NCBI GenBank assembly: GCA_951406725.2
Contig: OX597837.1
Location: 8,308,001 to 8,372,000 of the forward strand
Direction of reading: 5' to 3'
Source: Octopus vulgaris
Taxonomy: Eukaryota
DNA length: 64,000 nt
The position numbers were made by a program, and so were the translations under genes. The notes beneath the pieces are model-generated. The model saw only the letters and a list, made by a program, of their open reading frames with translations. It searched no databases and was not told where the DNA came from. This document shows positions 59,940 to 64,000 of this stretch, piece after piece. How positions within the stretch are numbered: the first letter of the stretch is position 1; each line of letters begins with the position of its first letter.

Positions 59940-60097
59940 TTTTCCTTCTTTCAAATTTGCTTCCATTTCTTGCCGAGTGTCTTCCCGACTCCTAGGGCAA
60001 AGAAACTCATAGTATACATTGGTAGGCCATTAAACCAAACTCAGTAGTTCGTTAATTTTTTATATACAACTATATACACAGAAACACCTCATCTCAA

Positions 60098-60098
<1 letters not shown>
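59940..60098 (-). mobile_element. Probable LINE 3'UTR fragment embedded in (TAA)n
   Basis: (ATT)n on both sides; ~40 bp shared with 59420-59458 (tatatacacagaaacacctcatctcaaat). Confidence 0.4.
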
Positions 60099-60140
<42 letters not shown>

Positions 60141-60174
60141 GTAGTAGTAGTAGTAGTAGTATTATAAATGTTGA

Positions 60175-60388
60175 CGCGACCTGGTAGAATCGCTACCGCA
60201 CCGGGAAAAATGCTTAGTAGCATCTCGTCTGTCTTTATGTTCTGAGTTTGAATTCAGCTCAGGTCGACCTTGCCTGTTATCCTTTCGGAGTCGATGAAAC
60301 CAGTATCAGCTGAATACTGGGGTCGATGAAATCGATTAGCCCCCTTATCCAAAATTTCAGGCCTTGTGCCTTGTAGAAGGAAGGATTG
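60175..60388 (+). mobile_element. SINE family B monomer
   Basis: gcaccgggaaaaatgcttag..aggtcgaccttgcc..caaaatttcaggccttgtgcc. Confidence 0.78.
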
Positions 60389-60442
60389 TAATAATAATAA
60401 TAATAATTAGTATTATTATTGTTGTTGTAGTTGTTGTTATTA

Positions 60443-60529
<87 letters not shown>

Positions 60530-60531
<2 letters not shown>

Positions 60532-60695
60532 TTCTACACTAGGTACAAGGCCCGACATTTTTTGGGAAGGGACTAGTCGATTAGATCGACTCCAGTACGC
60601 AACTGGTACTTAATTTATCGGCCCGAAAGGATGAAAAGCAAAGTCGACCTAGGCGGAATTTGAACTCAGAACATAAAGACTGACGAAATACCGTT
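60530..60695 (-). mobile_element. SINE family B monomer, tail-to-tail with previous copy
   Basis: tttctacactaggtacaaggccc..gaaaggatgaaaagcaaagtcgacc. Confidence 0.8.
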
Positions 60696-60791
60696 AATAG
60701 CAAGGTTCTGTTACTACTATCCTTGGTTAACACCTGTTAACACCGTGAGCGATCATACCTATGTTTAATGTCTTTCCATCCGTAGACATCT

Positions 60792-61090
60792 GTTTATTCC
60801 TTCTCGAGCCACGCCTGGCTCATAAGGGCCAGTCTCCCGGTTTCTTGGCGTATAGGTTCCCCACCTGGATGGGACGCCGGTCCATCGCAGGTGAGCTGCA
60901 AGATGCAGGAGGAAAGAGTGAGAGAAAGTTGTGGCGAAAGAGTCAGCAGAAGTTCGACATTATCTTCTGCCGGAGCCGCGTAGAGCTTAGGTGTTTCGCT
61001 CATAAACACACACATCGTACGGTCTGAGATTCGAACCCGAGATCCCTCAACCGCGAGTCCGCTGCTCTAACCACTAGACCATGTGCCTCC
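60792..61090 (-). mobile_element. tRNA-derived SINE family E with V-domain-like core
   Basis: Head ggaggcacatggtctagtggttagagc..gggttcgaatctc; cctgcgatggaccggcgtcccatccagg resembles the V-SINE domain. Confidence 0.75.
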
Positions 61091-63320
61091 GCGTAGCCAT
61101 CTGGTCTCTCTCTGCTAAATTTTATATCTCACTCCAATAATGTTGTATGCCATTCCTATTTTATTTTTGAAACCGTCGCTTTAGTTTGTAAGAAATAAAA
61201 TAAAAATAGGCTGTGGTTTCTAGCAACTACAGACGGTTTCATTGAAGTTATTGTTATTGGATGTAGTGTTACGGCTGGTAATGTTGTTCTTTTTCTTGTT
61301 GTTGCTGTCGGTGGTGCGATATTGTTATTGTTGGTGGTCGTAGCAGCGGTGGTAGACGTAGGTGGTTATCGTTTTATCTTTAGCTTCTCTCTGATGTCAG
61401 AGTGCAATAACTGTCTTTGAGCAGGATGAACATTTACGTGTGAAAATCATTTTAATTTGTGGAAACGCAGAGGAAGCAGACGTTCTTGACAGATGTGGAT
61501 CCGAAAATTAATAACAATGTTGACGCTACTCCTAATGACCAATGCACAACAAAGATTAAACAATATATACAATATGGCGTCGGTTGAAATCTCATCAAAG
61601 TAGGACAGCACAGCGGCCATCTTGCAGAACGAGACGAACCACAACAATAGAGAGTCGTAGATTGGCAGGAGTTCTGTGCGATTTCATTTGAAAGATGGAG
61701 GTCTGCTGTCAAACAAAACCGCATCGTCTTGGTCTTCCTTTAATATTGGTGTGGTGTGTGTGTGTGTGTGTGTGTGTGTTTTTATATGTGTGAGTGTGTA
61801 TATTTGAATGTGTGTTTATGTGTGTGAGTGTGTGTGTATATGTGTGAATGTGTGTTTATATGTGTGAGTGTGTGTTTATGTGTGTAGTGTGTGTGTGTAT
61901 GTGTGAGCGTGTATGTGTATGTGTGTAAGTGCGTATTTATTTGAGTGTGTGTGTATGTGTGTCAGTGTCTTTGTATATGTGTGAGCGTGTGTGTATATGT
62001 GTAAGTGCGTATTTATATGAGTGAGTATGTGTGTATATGTGTGAGTGTGTGTGTGTATGTGTGTGTATGTGTGTGTATTTGTGTGTGAATGTTTATGTAG
62101 GAGTGTGTGAATGTGTGTGTATATGTGAATGTGTGTATTTATAAGTGTAAATGTGTGTGTATCTAAGAGTATGTATGTATATGTGTGAGTGCGTGTTATA
62201 TGTGTGTGTGTATCTAAGTGTATGTGTGTATATGTCTGAGTGTGTGTTTATATGTGTGTGTGTATATGTGTGAGTGTGTATCTATGTGTGTATGTGTGTG
62301 TGTATGCATGAGTATGTGTGTATATCTGCGTGTGTAGAGGTGTGAATGTGTGTTTATATGTGTAAGTGTGTGTGTGTGTTGGAGTATGTATGTGTGTCTA
62401 TTCATGCGTGTTTGAGAGTATTTGTAATGAATGTGTATGTATGCATGCATATATGTATATATGAATATATGTATGTATGTATGTATGTATGTGCGTATGT
62501 ATGTTTGTATGTATGTATGCATGTATGTATGCATGTATTTATGTATGTATGTATGTATGTATGTATGCTTGTGTACTTGTTTTTTTTTGTGCGGGTATGT
62601 GTGTGTTAGTGCACGTGTGTGAGCGTGTGTGTCTGTATCTGTGAGATTTTTTGCATTATTGAGATATTGGCGTCTACGTTTGTCTTCGTGTGTATGCTTG
62701 TTCGTAGGTGTGCGTGCATCGTGTTTGCATATATGTGTAAATGTGTGTATATATGTGTGAGTGTGTGTGTATATGTGTGAGTGTGCGTGTATATGTGTGT
62801 ATACGTAAACCTGTATGTTGGTATGTATGCGTATGTATGGCATTCTTTAAGTATACCTATGAGCTGTTTGACGTTTTTGAATCTGTTCTTCTAGCGGGTA
62901 TTCTTGCTCGCTCGACTGTATGTATGTATGTATGTATGTATGTATGTATGTATGTATGTATGTATGTATGTATGTAGGTAGGTAGGTATGTATGTAGGGG
63001 GTATGTGTGTGTGTGTTAGTGTGTGTTTGTTTGTCTATGTGTGTGCGTCTGTGCGTGTGCGATTCGACTCATATCTGAATATAAGTGATTATGTATACGT
63101 GTGTATGTGTGTGTGTCTAAATATTTGTCCTATATGTGTGAGTGTGTGTGTGTGTTTACTTTTACTTGTTTCAGTCATTTGCCTGCGGTCATGCTGGAGT
63201 ACCACCTTTGTAAACATAGTACTTATTCTATCAGTTCACCTTTTATATAAAATACATTTATATATAAAAATGTATATATTCTTTGATATGTAATACATAT
63301 TATATATACTATATGTAATA

Positions 63321-63533
63321 TACTCTTTACTCTCTTTTACTCTTTTACTTGTTTCAGTCATTTGACTGCGGCCATGCTGGAGCACCGCCTTTAGTCGAGC
63401 AAATCGACCCCGGGACTTATTCTTTTGTAAGCCCAGTACTTATTCTATCGGTCTCTTTTGCCGAACCGCTAAGTAACGTGGACGTAAACACACCAGCATC
63501 GGTTGTCAAGCAATGCTAGGGGGACAAACACAA

Positions 63534-63572
<39 letters not shown>

Positions 63573-63744
63573 CATATATATACGACAGGCTTCTTTCAGT
63601 TGCCGTCTACCAAATCCACTCACAAGGCATTGGTCGGCCCAGGGCTATAGCAGAAGACACTTGCCCAAGATGCCACGCAGTGGACTGAACCCGGAACCAT
63701 GTGGTTGGTTAGCAAGCTACTTACCACACAGCCACTCCTGCGCC
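63321..63744 (-). mobile_element. SINE family A, full length
   Basis: Complete head ggcgcaggagtggctgtgtgg to (aaaagagt)n tail; TA-rich flanks. Confidence 0.92.
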
Positions 63745-63798
63745 TATATATATATATATATATATATATATACTTTATTTTAAGCAGCAGAAAATTCA

Positions 63799-63850
63799 AC
63801 AAAATCTGTTACTCTGAGTTTCTCGTTGCCGTTCATCAGACAGTTTTTGC
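63799..63850 (-). ncRNA. Type-I hammerhead ribozyme motif, canonical core, long helix I
   Basis: GCAAAAaCTGT-CTGATGA-aCG-GCAA-CGa-GAAAC-TCAGA-GTA-ACAGaTTTTGT; helix III ACTC-A-GAGT; 10.1-11.1 is A.A in this copy. Confidence 0.65.
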
Positions 63851-64000
63851 TAGAATGGAACATATATATTAATTCAATCTATACTCTTACAAACGCTACA
63901 CCTTTAAAAAGAAATGGACTTGTTTGATTGGCCCTTTAGAAAAAACGGTCAATCTTCGAGCGATAAACAAAAAGGTCAAAAATATATGTATATATATATA

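Noticed and set aside
61015-61090. tRNA-like sequence (also 35585-35656, 47999-48070)
   Set aside because: A/B boxes present but acceptor and anticodon stems do not pair; they are SINE heads

Overview
AT-rich, non-genic eukaryotic DNA, most likely coleoid cephalopod (Octopus-like; inferred from the extreme (TA)n/(CA)n/(TATG)n/(TATC)n/(TAA)n load and tRNA-derived SINE families, not from a database match). Nearly all tracked ORFs are microsatellite translations. The real content is a dense mobile-element graveyard: at least five SINE families (one forming internal dimers/trimers), 3' or RT fragments of RTE, CR1-like, Tx1/L1 and R4/Dong-like LINEs, mariner (DD34D) and DD37D transposase remnants, and several inverted-repeat structures. 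No intact host gene is visible; one minus-strand start-codon exon candidate lies at 42236-42453. Most notable are (i) at least five sequence types of minimal type-I hammerhead ribozyme, including a ~200-bp multicopy element in (TA)n tracts whose core is consistently CUGU(C/A)GA rather than CUGANGA, and (ii) an apparent partitioning of microsatellite classes among retroelement families, including a young Tx1 fragment embedded in (CTAT)n. All alignments, translations and folds were done by eye and coordinates may be off by a few bases.
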